Shown here: positions 1 to 8,992 of the stretch, in pieces | Numbering within the stretch: position 1 is the stretch's first letter | Layout: every line of letters begins with the position of its first letter | Source of the DNA: an uncultured Actinomycetota bacterium | Lineage (GTDB): Bacteria > Actinomycetota > Actinomycetes > Actinomycetales > CAVURS01 | Length of the DNA: 64,000 nucleotides | NCBI GenBank assembly: GCA_963794535.1 | Contig: CAWCEI010000012.1 | Location: 56,238 to 120,237 of the forward strand | Direction of reading: 5' to 3' | Translations under genes and position numbers: made by a program | Notes under the pieces: model-generated | Databases searched by the model: none | Told to the model about the DNA's origin: nothing | The model's input: the letters and a program-made list of their open reading frames with translations, nothing else

Positions 1-108
1 GTCATCGCCGGCGGCCTGACCCTCACGCTGGCCGTCTACCTGCTCGTGGTCCGGCCGTGGCGGCTGGCACCCATGGCTCCCGAGGCTCTGCTCGTCGCTG
101 CGCACTGA
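1..108 (+). CDS. 3' end of a membrane protein (partial, runs off the window)
   Basis: Frame 1 reads VIAGGLTLTLAVYLLVVRPWRLAPMAPEALLVAAH* with GC-rich third positions; hydrophobic helix. Confidence 0.5.
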   Translation, partial: VIAGGLTLTLAVYLLVVRPWRLAPMAPEALLVAAH

Positions 109-149
109 ACCCACGGACCGTGACGACCCCGCATGAGAGAGGACACAAG

Positions 150-1025
150 ATGCCAAGCACGACTACTGACAAGCAGGTCTGGCTCGTCACCGGCGCCGGC
201 CGGGGCATGGGCGTCGACATCGCCCAGGCCGCCCTGACGGCCGGGCACGCGGTCGTCGCCACCGGGCGCGACCCGGAGCGGGTGGCCAGGCGATCGGCAC
301 CGCACGCCGACCTGCTGACGGTCGCGCCTGGACGTCACCGACCCGGCGCGCGCCGAGGCCGCCGTCGCGACAAGCCGTGGAGCGGTTCGGCGGATCGACG
401 TCCTGGTCAACAACGCCGGCAACTTCTACGCCGGCTTCTTCGAGGAGATGTCCCCCGAGGACTTCCGGGCCCAGATCGAGACCAACCTGTTCGGCCCGGT
501 CAACGTCACCCGCGCCGTCCTCCCCAATGCGCGCCCAACGCTCCGGTCTGGTCGTCGACGATCTCCTCGACCGCCGGCATCGCGGCCAAGGCGAGTTCCT
601 GCACCGCGTACGCCGCGTCCAAGTTCGGGGTCGAGGGCTGGATCGAGTCCCTGGCCCCCGAGATCGCGCCGTACGGCATCCGCACGATGCTCGTCGAGCC
701 CGGCTTCTTCCGCACCGAGCTGCTCACGCCGCAGTCGACGAGCTACGCCGAGCCCGTCGATCGACGACTACGCCGAGCGCACCCAGCAGACCATCGACGC
801 GTGGCGCGGCATGGACGGCAAGCAGGGCGGCGACCCGGCCAAGCTCGCCGCCGCCCTGGTCCAGCTCGCCGGCACTCGACGAGCCGCCGCTGCGCTTCGC
901 CGCCGGCGCGGACGCCGTCGAGACCTTCGAGCGCAAGGCCCGAGACCCTGCTGGCCCAAGCCGATGCGCACCGCGAGCTGTCCAGCAACCTCGCGTACGA
1001 CGACGCCGGAGGGGCGCCGGCCTGA
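150..1025 (+). CDS. SDR family oxidoreductase (several frameshifts)
   Basis: VTGAGRGMG Rossmann motif, IDVLVNNAG in a shifted frame, YAASK catalytic motif, VEPGFFRT; AGGA RBS. Confidence 0.9.
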   Translation: MPSTTTDKQVWLVTGAGRGMGVDIAQAALTAGHAVVATGRDPERVARRSAPHADLLTVAPGRHRPGARRGRRRDKPWSGSADRRPGQQRRQLLRRLLRGDVPRGLPGPDRDQPVRPGQRHPRRPPQCAPNAPVWSSTISSTAGIAAKASSCTAYAASKFGVEGWIESLAPEIAPYGIRTMLVEPGFFRTELLTPQSTSYAEPVDRRLRRAHPADHRRVARHGRQAGRRPGQARRRPGPARRHSTSRRCASPPARTPSRPSSARPETLLAQADAHRELSSNLAYDDAGGAPA

Positions 1026-1067
1026 ATCTCCGTGGACTCGGAGACGCATGAGCCCCATCCTGAGTGC

Positions 1068-1154
1068 ATGTTCCAGACCGCAGCCCAGCTGATGTCCGCA
1101 TGCGCGGGCACGCTGTGCGCTGTCGTTGCAGCGGAGCACGGCGCCCGACGCTGA
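1068..1154 (+). CDS. Putative leaderless leader peptide (uORF, 28 aa) upstream of tuf3-like gene
   Basis: ATG1068...TGA1154 encodes [34 protein letters not shown] (-10-like) lies 6 nt before the ATG; the stop overlaps a hairpin arm. Confidence 0.5.
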   Translation: MFQTAAQLMSACAGTLCAVVAAEHGARR

Positions 1155-1194
1155 CCCTCTTCCGGCCGTCCGGGAGACCTCCCGGAGGAGGGTC
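1153..1194 (+). promoter_or_regulatory. Alternative stem-loops (candidate attenuator)
   Basis: GACCCTCTTCCGG(1153-1165) pairs with CCGGAGGAGGGTC(1182-1194); the competing stem TCCGGGA(1169-1175)/TCCCGGA(1180-1186) shares bases with it. Confidence 0.5.
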
Positions 1195-1245
1195 GCAGGA
1201 CCAGGGGTCCCACCTCCGCAAGGCCAATCACGATCTGGACGAGAG

Positions 1246-2420
1246 ATGAAGCAGAAGTTCGTGCGCAACAAGCCGCACATCAACATCGGCACCATGGGTC
1301 ATGTCGACCACGGCAAGACCACCCTGACCGCCGCCATCACCAAGGTCCTCGCCGACCGCGGTAGCGGCACCTACGTGCCCCTCGAGCGCATCGACCGTGC
1401 GCCCGAGGAGGCCGAGCGCGGCATCACGATCAACATCGCGCATGTCGAGTACGAGACCGCGACGCGGCACTACGCCCACGTCGACATGCCCGGTCACGCC
1501 GACTACGTGAAGAACATGATCACCGGCGCCGCGCAGGTGGACGGAGCGATCCTTGTGGTCTCCGGCGACGACGGAGTCATGCAGCAGACCCGCGAGCACT
1601 CCTGCTCGCACGTCAGGTCGGGGTCGGTCACCTCGTCGTCGCGCTCAACAAGGCGGACGGCGCCGACCCGGAGCTGCTCGACCTGATCGAGCTGGAGGTC
1701 CGCGAGCTGCTGGACGCAGCACGGCTTCGACGGCGGGCTCACCCCGGTCGTCCGGACGTCCGGTCTGCGCGCGCTGGAGGGCGACCCGCAATGGGTGCAG
1801 AGCGTGGTCGACCTCCTCGAGGCAGTGGACGCCACGTCCCGGTGCCGATCCGTCTCATCGACGACCCGTTCCTGATGCCGGTCGAGAACGTGCTGACCAT
1901 CAGCGGTCGGGGCACGGTCGTGACCGGCGCGATCGAACGCGGTGTCGTGGCGTCGGCGACACCGTCGAGGTCGTCGGCCTCGGCCGAGACGTTCAGCGCC
2001 GTCGTCACCGGCGTGCAGACGTTCGGCAAGGACATGGACCGTGGCGAGGCCGGGGACAACGCGGCCCTACTGCTGCGCGGGGTACGCCGCGAGCAGATCG
2101 CGCGCGGTCAGGTCCTGGCCGCTCCGGGGAACATCACCCCGGCGACGAAGGTCCGGGCCGAGCTCACCCTGCTCTCGGTCGTCGAGGGTGGCCGGCACAC
2201 CTCGATCACCTCGGGCTACCGGCCGCAGTTCTACGTCCGGACGACCGACGTGGTCGGGGACATCGAACTGGTCGGGGTCGCCACCGCAGCGCCGGGCGAC
2301 ACCGTGGAGGTGCTCGTCAGGCTCGGCAAGCCGGTGCCGCTCGAGGTCGGCCGGCCCTTCGCCGTCCGCGAGGGTGGCCGAACGGTCGCCTCGGGCACGG
2401 TCAGCGAGATCCTCGGCTGA
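1246..2420 (+). CDS. tuf3: Elongation factor Tu paralogue, EF-Tu3 type (frameshifted)
   Basis: [21 protein letters not shown] and NKAD motifs; GTMGH/IDRAPEE/DMPG variants resemble Streptomyces Tuf3; not in a ribosomal operon. Confidence 0.9.
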
Positions 2421-2435
2421 ACGGGTGCGTCGTAC

Positions 2436-2482
2436 ACAGCGGCCCCGATGGACCCCCTCAAGGGGTCTGTTGGGGCCGCTGT
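2436..2482 (+). terminator. GC-rich hairpin after tuf3
   Basis: ACAGCGGCCCCGATGGACCCC...GGGGTCTGTTGGGGCCGCTGT inverted repeat. Confidence 0.7.
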
Positions 2483-2589
2483 CCGTCTTGGTCCGGCCCA
2501 TCATCGTGCTGGTAGAAGATGCAACCCACCGGATTTCCTGATTGCCTGGCGGCTCGGAACATCCGCACGCATCTGAGGAGTGACGGCCT

Positions 2590-3042
2590 GTGTCGGCGAA
2601 GTCGGATCTGCACGAACACCTGGGTGGGCAGCTGGTCGAAGGCGAAGAGGTGCTCGTCGTGACGACGGTTCAGGTCAAGGGCGGCCAGAAGCGGGCCCTT
2701 GCGACCTCCAGCATTGCCAGTACGGCCGCGACGCTGGCCATCCAGGCTGCGACCGGCGGGACGATGGGCCTGCTCGTTCTCACTGCCCCGCCCGCTGCCT
2801 GGTTCGTCGGCACGACGGAGCGAGTGATGCTGATCCAGCGGACCAACCAGGGACGCAAGCTGGGTGACGTCCTCTTCGTCGCCCCCCGATCTGCCATCTC
2901 TGCGACGTTGAAGACCGGCCTGTTGAACACGGTCACGATCGCCGACCGCAGCGACGGGCAGTCCCTGCTGAGGCTCAACGTCGGCGCCAAGCGCGGCCTG
3001 GCCAAGCAGATGGTTTCGTCGGTGGAAGAGGGATCCGTCTAA
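2590..3042 (+). CDS. Hypothetical protein (possibly bacterial PH-like fold)
   Basis: 150-aa ORF, GAGGAG RBS; GEEVL and GTTERVMLI segments reminiscent of bPH domains. Confidence 0.65.
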   Translation: MSAKSDLHEHLGGQLVEGEEVLVVTTVQVKGGQKRALATSSIASTAATLAIQAATGGTMGLLVLTAPPAAWFVGTTERVMLIQRTNQGRKLGDVLFVAPRSAISATLKTGLLNTVTIADRSDGQSLLRLNVGAKRGLAKQMVSSVEEGSV

Positions 3043-3097
3043 CAGCAGGCACGGCGGCGTCGGCCCGGGGCGTCGAGGGCAGGCGATACTTCTCGTT

Positions 3098-3946
3098 GTG
3101 ACCAGTGCGGACGAGCCAACGTCGGCGCCCCAGAAGGACGACCTGCTGCTGGACGAGCTGTCCGCGCGGCTGGACTCCTTGAAGCTCTTCCGGGCCCACG
3201 ACGAGGCTCAGGCCAACCAGATCCTCGAGGAGTTCGGCGCGCAGGGGGTGGTCGAGCACGACATGCTCGACCAGCTCAGCAGCCGTGCGCCGCTGGCTCA
3301 TCCAGACCGGTTCCCGGAGGCGCATCGCACGGCGGTGCGCGCGATAGAAGTGTTCGACCGCAACGCTGCTCGCAATCCCAGCAGCCTGGCCGCCGGACCG
3401 CTGACGGTGGTCGCGCGGCCAGTGGTGCGGTTGCTGATCGGGATCATCGTCCACCGGCACGAGAAGCGCGTCGTGAGCCACATCCGCGAGCTCTATGCGT
3501 TGCGCGAGGCCAGCAGCGTCGAGGGCACGCCGGAGTTCCACGCCCTGCGGCTCGGGCGCAAGCAGCTGACCCGGCTCTCCCCCGACCTCTCGGACGGCAA
3601 CGTCAGCCTGCCGGCGTTTCTCCTCGGCGGCGCCGTCCTGTCGTCGGCCACCTCGGCTCTGGAGCGCGCCGTCAGCGACCGGATCCTGTTGGTCTTGCTT
3701 TCGGTCATTCTCGCGGTCGTCCTGCTCGGGGCCTTCTGGTGCATCCTCACCGCGGCGGCCATCGCCCGGCGTCGCACCCGGATCGCGCTCGACCGCCCAC
3801 TGGCGGCTCTGTGGGAGACGATCGGCGCGGCCGGCCAGCCACCGAAGGACAACTCACGCTCCTTCGCGCTCTCGTCCGGAATCGTTCTGCTCACTGCCTG
3901 GCTGATCGTGCCCGTTGTCCTCGCCGTCGTGATCACGACCGCGTGA
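3098..3946 (+). CDS. Hypothetical membrane protein
   Basis: 282-aa ORF with coding-type codon bias and C-terminal TM helices. Confidence 0.75.
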   Translation: MTSADEPTSAPQKDDLLLDELSARLDSLKLFRAHDEAQANQILEEFGAQGVVEHDMLDQLSSRAPLAHPDRFPEAHRTAVRAIEVFDRNAARNPSSLAAGPLTVVARPVVRLLIGIIVHRHEKRVVSHIRELYALREASSVEGTPEFHALRLGRKQLTRLSPDLSDGNVSLPAFLLGGAVLSSATSALERAVSDRILLVLLSVILAVVLLGAFWCILTAAAIARRRTRIALDRPLAALWETIGAAGQPPKDNSRSFALSSGIVLLTAWLIVPVVLAVVITTA

Positions 3947-4035
3947 GGGCGATGCGTTTAACCTTTCTTGAAGATTGCCTGGGCTAGGGTCCAGGCGCGT
4001 ACGAGAGCCCTTTGATCGCTTTGGAGGCCTGACCA

Positions 4036-4986
4036 GTGCGCCAACTGCTCGCGGCGGCAGCCACTGCGGCGGCCCTTCTGGCCGCGGCCGCATGCGGTAC
4101 GTCGGCGGGCCCCGGTAGCGGTGGACCCGGCCCCACCATCACCGCCTCGGGCGCGCCCCCCGTCTTGGTCTCGGCCTATCCGAAGGTGATGATCATCCCC
4201 GAGGAGAACAAGGCCTCGACCAGCATCATCGGCAGCCCGGACGCGCCATACCTCAACCGGCTCGCGGCGACGTATGGCAACACCACGAACATGGTCGCCA
4301 ACTACCCCGTCTCCTGCCCATCCTTGGCGGCGTACATCATCATCACCAGCGGGAGCCAACAGGGCATCTGCGACGACGCGACGCCGGCGAACCGTCAGTT
4401 GACATCTGACAACATATTCCGCCAGGTGGTCGTTGCCGGCAAACAGTGGCGGCAGTACGCCGAGTCCATGACGACGAACTGCCAGAAGTTTGACGGCGCG
4501 CCGGGCGGATACCTGGTGCGCCATACCCCACCGCCGTACTACACCAGCGAGCGATATCGTTGTCCGGTCTGGGACGTGCCCATGGGCACAACGGCCGCTG
4601 GCCACCTACACGATGACCTGGCCCGAGGGCTGTCGGCCCTGTCGATCGTGACACCGAACGCCTGCCACGACATGCACGGGGCGACCACCTGCCCGAGCAA
4701 CGGCGTCAAGAACGGCGACAACTGGCTGGCGACCTGGATGCCGAGGATCATCGCCTCGAACGACTTCCAACGGTCGCAGCTTCTCGTGATCATCACCTGG
4801 GACGAAGGCTCGACCGTCAGCAACCGGATCTCAACCTTGTTGGTGGCCAAAGGAGTTAGCGGTGTGACGTCGAGCGCGCTGTACACCCACTGCTCCACGC
4901 TGCGAACCACGGAAGAGCTGCTCCAAGTCCCCTACCTCGGCTGCGCCGCGACTGCGCTGTCCTTCCGCCCGGGCTTCCACATCTAG
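4036..4986 (+). CDS. Secreted/lipoprotein phosphoesterase (acid phosphatase, SapM-like)
   Basis: Signal peptide ending AAAC; EENK, PSLAAY, RHTP, TPNACHDMH and ITWDE motifs. Confidence 0.8.
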   Translation: MRQLLAAAATAAALLAAAACGTSAGPGSGGPGPTITASGAPPVLVSAYPKVMIIPEENKASTSIIGSPDAPYLNRLAATYGNTTNMVANYPVSCPSLAAYIIITSGSQQGICDDATPANRQLTSDNIFRQVVVAGKQWRQYAESMTTNCQKFDGAPGGYLVRHTPPPYYTSERYRCPVWDVPMGTTAAGHLHDDLARGLSALSIVTPNACHDMHGATTCPSNGVKNGDNWLATWMPRIIASNDFQRSQLLVIITWDEGSTVSNRISTLLVAKGVSGVTSSALYTHCSTLRTTEELLQVPYLGCAATALSFRPGFHI

Positions 4987-4991
4987 CCCGT

Positions 4992-5519
4992 TCAGCAGGA
5001 GCCGCCGGACCAGGCCACCTCGACCGGAGATCCGACGTCCGTCGGGCTGGAGCCACTCGTTATGATGTTCAGGGTCGAGCCGCCGGCGATCTGTGCGGCT
5101 CCCAGAGTGAACCGCAGGCCGCCGTCGACCTTCGCCAGCGAGATGTCGCAGCCCGAACCGCTACCGCCCGAGGGCGCCCGCCTCTGCCCCCCGGACTGGG
5201 TGAAGGCGGTCACGTGCCGGACGTCGGCATGGATCCCCTCGGCGGCCAACGCGCGCTCCAGCCCGCTCGCGTCAGCGAGGTCGTGGACCGTGACGATGAC
5301 GTCACCATTGGGCTGGGCCTCGACACCGTATGCGGCCGTCGGTCCGGCCACGCCGGTGCCGATGCTGACGACAACGGCAACGGCGGCACCGGCGGTCACG
5401 AGCCCGGCCACACCACCCGCGACCCATCGCCTGCGGGCGACGGCCCGGGCTGGAGCCTGAGCCGCGACGTGCCGCCGCAGCTCGACGAGAAGGGACTGTT
5501 CGAAGGTGTCGAGACTCAT
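4992..5519 (-). CDS. Single-pass membrane protein, probable anti-sigma factor
   Basis: Overlaps the ECF sigma stop; short N-terminus, RRRW-TM helix, extracytoplasmic domain. Confidence 0.7.
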   Translation of the reverse strand: MSLDTFEQSLLVELRRHVAAQAPARAVARRRWVAGGVAGLVTAGAAVAVVVSIGTGVAGPTAAYGVEAQPNGDVIVTVHDLADASGLERALAAEGIHADVRHVTAFTQSGGQRRAPSGGSGSGCDISLAKVDGGLRFTLGAAQIAGGSTLNIITSGSSPTDVGSPVEVAWSGGSC

Positions 5520-6082
5520 GAGATGACCTCCTGGACAAGGGATGTGAGCTGGGACTGAAGTCGGGCTCGGCTGCGGTGCAGCCGGACCCGCGCGGTGCCT
5601 GGCTTCACCCCCAGTACGGCGGCGGCTTCATTGACCGGGAGCCCGTCGATGGCGACCAGCTCCATCAGGGCACGTTCGCGCGGGGGCAGAGCCGCCAGCG
5701 CCGCATAGAGCCGCCGCGCGTCGCGCTCGGCGTCGATCCGCTCCTCGATGCAGGACAACGAGTCGGGATCCAGCAACCGACGGCCGGAGATGCGGCGGAC
5801 GACCTCCCGGTCGCGGGCCTGCCGGTGGTACTCGGTAGCCACAACATGGCGGGCGATGCCGACCAGCCAGGCAGCGGGCACGCCGCGATCTGAGCGATAC
5901 GACGAGGCGGAGTCAATCGCCGCCAGGAAGACGTCGGCGGTCAGGTCGGCGGCCAGGTGAGGGTCGGCCACTCGGCGGGCCACGACGCGCTGCACGGACT
6001 GGACGTGCTCGCGATAGAACGCCTCGAACGCGTCGGGATCCGTGGCGATCGAGCCGATGTCGACCGGCGCCTTCGTGGTCAT
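5516..6082 (-). CDS. ECF RNA polymerase sigma factor
   Basis: AFEAFYREH, AADLTADVF, WLVGIAR; region 4 EAAAVLGVKPGTARVRLHR. Confidence 0.92.
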   Translation of the reverse strand: MTTKAPVDIGSIATDPDAFEAFYREHVQSVQRVVARRVADPHLAADLTADVFLAAIDSASSYRSDRGVPAAWLVGIARHVVATEYHRQARDREVVRRISGRRLLDPDSLSCIEERIDAERDARRLYAALAALPPRERALMELVAIDGLPVNEAAAVLGVKPGTARVRLHRSRARLQSQLTSLVQEVIS

Positions 6083-6194
6083 GTCTCTCATTGCTGGTCC
6101 GGGCCTAGAACGTTACAGCCGACCCGGCACAGAATCGGGATCGCCCGGGGGTCGGGAGTTCAAGCCACTGCCGAGTGGTGTCGATACACGCACC

Positions 6195-8561
6195 GTGACC
6201 GCTCAGGACTCCGCGGCGCGTTGGCGCGCGCGGCCGCTCCAGGCTGGTCTGCTGCGCACGGCCGCCGTGGTCGTCCCCCTTGCCTGCTCGGTGGCCGCCG
6301 GCGTCCTGGTGGGCATGATTCTTCCCGACACGCATAGCTGGGTCGCGGCCGTCGTGTCCTGGCTCGCGGTTCTGGCCATCTCCACGGTCGTGCTGTTCGG
6401 GGTCGACCGCCTGACCCGCCGGTTGCTGCCGATCGCGACTCTCCTGAAACTGTCGATGCTGTTCCCGGACCGCGCCCCCTCGCGCTACAAGGTCGCCCGC
6501 ACGATGGCCGGCAGCAGCGCGCTCGCGGCCGAACTCGAACGGGCCCGCCAGCATGGGGTCACCGGGGACCGTCAGCAGGCCGCCGAGACCGTCCTGGCGC
6601 TCGTCGGCGCTCTCGGTGAGTACGACAGCCGTACTCGCGGGCATTCGGAGCGCACCCAGCTGTTCGTCACCATGATCGCCGAGGAGATGGGCCTGCGACC
6701 GGCCGACCGCGACCGCCTTCTGTGGGCGGCCCTGATCCACGACGTCGGCAAGCTGCGCGTGCCCAGCGCCGTACTCAACAAGCCCGCCAAGCTCGACGCT
6801 GCCGAGTGGGAGATCTTGCGCCGCCACCCACTTGACGGTGCCACCATCTGCGGTCCGCTCAACGACTGGCTCGGCCCGTGGGGTCTCGCCGTCGAGCAGC
6901 ACCATGAGCGGTACGACGGGACTGGCTACCCGCTCGGTCTCTCCGGGGAGCGGATCAGTCTGGGCGGCCGGATCGTGGCCGTCGCCGACTCGTACGAGGT
7001 CATGACGGCTGCGCGCGCGTACAAGAAGGCGATGACCGCCCCTGAAGCGCGGGCCGAGCTGGCGCGGTGCGCTGGAAGCCAGTTCGACCCGGCCGTGGTG
7101 CGGGCCTTCCTGGCCATCTCGCTGTCGCGGCTGCGTTGGGTCAGCGGCCCGCTAGCGTGGCTCGCCCAGATCCCGTTCATGCAGTCCCTGCCCGGCGTGG
7201 GTCAAGCCGTCAGCGCGGTGGGTAGCGCCGCGCTCACGGGGGCCAGCTTGGTCGGTCTCGGTGTCGCCCCGGCGATCGCCGCTGTACCTCCCGCGGCGCC
7301 GACGGCAGCCCACGCCTCCAGCAATGTGCGACCCGGCCCGACGTCGACCAGCCGCCCCCCGGGCGACGCGGCCCCCCGACCGACCGGGACGGGCAGCACG
7401 ACCAGCAGCACGAGTGGCTCCAGCCCGTCGCCGACCGCGCGGGCGGACACCACGACGGACCCGACGTCGACCACGCCGGCCCAGCCGGGACCGGCCAACC
7501 GGAAGCCAGCCGCCGGCGACGACCGCGTCACGGTGGCGGAAGACTCGGCGCCCAAGGCAATCAGCGTGCTGGCCAACGACGTCGTCCCCGACAACGGCTC
7601 GCTGTCCGTCATCAGCACCGGCCCGCCCAGCCACGGCCACGTCTCCGTCGGGGCCACGACAGTGACCTATGCGCCGGCGGCGAACTACAACGGCCTGGAC
7701 CACTTCACCTACACCGCGAGAGACCAGAACGGTGATGTGGCAACGGCGACTGTGACGGTGACCGTCACCGCCGTGAACGACGCACCTCAAGCTCGTGACG
7801 ACCGGTACGCCGGCCAGGCCGGTCACCAGATCAGCGCCAACGTGCTGCACAACGACCTGGACGTCGACGGGGACGCGCTGCAGGTCACCGGAGACGACAG
7901 TGCCGCCGTTCACCTCGGCGCTACAGGTGGCTTCTCCATCACCCCGGCCGTGGCGGGCACGATCACAGTCCACTACCTCGTCAGTGACGGGCACGCCCAC
8001 GACACGGGAACGCTGAGGATCGTGGTCACGGCCGCTCCGGGGCCGAGCCAGCCCAGCCGGCTCTACCTGCGCGGATCCTCGACCAGTGTCCCGGGTGATC
8101 TCACGACGAGCGCCCCGACCGCCGGAGCGACCGACTGGGACGGCGACAAGCACCCCGGGCTAACGATCAGAGACAGCGACCTCAAGGTCACAACGTCCGA
8201 CCCGACGAAGTACCAACAGTGGAGCTACGCGACACCGTCCGGCGGCCTGAAACTCAATGGGCCGGTGTCGCTCGACCTGTGGAGCACCCCGAGGCAGCGG
8301 AAGGACCAGGACATCGACTACTCGGCTTGGCTCTACTCCTGCAACAGTTCTGGCGGGAGCTGCCAGCTGCTCACGAGCGCCACCAACGTCCGCGTCCGCA
8401 AGTGGAGCACCACCACGACCTGGCAGCGGCGCACGATCGGCATCGGCAGCGTCTCTACGACGGTGCCCAGTGGACGCCTGGTCAAGCTCCGCCTCGAGTT
8501 CCACCGCTCTGACATGTGGCTCGCCCTCGACGCCGCCCATCCGTCCAGCCTGATCCTCTGA
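6195..8561 (+). CDS. Membrane HD-GYP phosphohydrolase fused to extracellular Ig/cadherin-like (Big_9-type) repeats
   Basis: N-terminal TMs; TRGHSER, HDVGK, HHERYDGTGYP and QFDP; hydrophobic helix; S/T/P linker; VLAND...GLDHFTY and VNDAPQARDD...VLHNDLDVDGD repeats. Start uncertain (open from 6042). Confidence 0.85.
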   Translation: MTAQDSAARWRARPLQAGLLRTAAVVVPLACSVAAGVLVGMILPDTHSWVAAVVSWLAVLAISTVVLFGVDRLTRRLLPIATLLKLSMLFPDRAPSRYKVARTMAGSSALAAELERARQHGVTGDRQQAAETVLALVGALGEYDSRTRGHSERTQLFVTMIAEEMGLRPADRDRLLWAALIHDVGKLRVPSAVLNKPAKLDAAEWEILRRHPLDGATICGPLNDWLGPWGLAVEQHHERYDGTGYPLGLSGERISLGGRIVAVADSYEVMTAARAYKKAMTAPEARAELARCAGSQFDPAVVRAFLAISLSRLRWVSGPLAWLAQIPFMQSLPGVGQAVSAVGSAALTGASLVGLGVAPAIAAVPPAAPTAAHASSNVRPGPTSTSRPPGDAAPRPTGTGSTTSSTSGSSPSPTARADTTTDPTSTTPAQPGPANRKPAAGDDRVTVAEDSAPKAISVLANDVVPDNGSLSVISTGPPSHGHVSVGATTVTYAPAANYNGLDHFTYTARDQNGDVATATVTVTVTAVNDAPQARDDRYAGQAGHQISANVLHNDLDVDGDALQVTGDDSAAVHLGATGGFSITPAVAGTITVHYLVSDGHAHDTGTLRIVVTAAPGPSQPSRLYLRGSSTSVPGDLTTSAPTAGATDWDGDKHPGLTIRDSDLKVTTSDPTKYQQWSYATPSGGLKLNGPVSLDLWSTPRQRKDQDIDYSAWLYSCNSSGGSCQLLTSATNVRVRKWSTTTTWQRRTIGIGSVSTTVPSGRLVKLRLEFHRSDMWLALDAAHPSSLIL

Positions 8562-8579
8562 CCGACCGGCGCTCAGCAG

Positions 8580-8894
8580 TCATCGGGCTGAGTCAACGAC
8601 GCGCAGGCCGCGCTCAAGGCCATAGAGGAAGACGAGCTCACGGGCCAACCGGGTCGGCGCGTGGACGGTGACCTGCGCCGAGCCCAGAGCCTCAGTCAGG
8701 AAGCCGGCCAAGGTCGCGTCACCGAAGGTCAGCTGAGTGAGGTCGACGGCCACCCGCCCGTCGTACCCGGCGAGGTGTCCGGCCAGTGCTTCGAGCTCGG
8801 GCCGCAGGCCCAGGTCCACCTCGCCGTTCAGCCGGACGAGCAGCCCGGCGTCGGTCACCTGTGCGGTGACGACGCCGGGCGCGGGTTCGGCCAT
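8580..8894 (-). CDS. STAS domain protein (anti-sigma antagonist-like)
   Basis: VRLNGEVDL...VDLTQLTFGDATLAG STAS pattern. Confidence 0.75.
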   Translation of the reverse strand: MAEPAPGVVTAQVTDAGLLVRLNGEVDLGLRPELEALAGHLAGYDGRVAVDLTQLTFGDATLAGFLTEALGSAQVTVHAPTRLARELVFLYGLERGLRVVDSAR

Positions 8895-8941
8895 GGGTGG
8901 CAAGGGGTGATGCCTCTCTGTAGTGGAGGGCCTCACGCAAT

Positions 8942-8974
8942 CACCCCTAGGGCGGGTGCGGTACACCCCTAGGG
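8942..8974. promoter_or_regulatory. Tandem CACCCCTAGGG boxes between divergent STAS and response regulator genes
   Basis: Exact 11-bp copies at 8942-8952 and 8964-8974 (22-bp period), each with a palindromic CCCTAGGG core. Confidence 0.55.
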
Positions 8975-8992
8975 AGGTTTAGGGTCTGCCGT

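Noticed and set aside
150..2420. Programmed frameshifting in the SDR or tuf3 genes
   Set aside because: Several shifts per gene and no slippery motifs; the same pattern occurs in unrelated genes
7300..7500. Tandem DNA repeat
   Set aside because: Low-complexity S/T/P protein linker with no exact nucleotide periodicity
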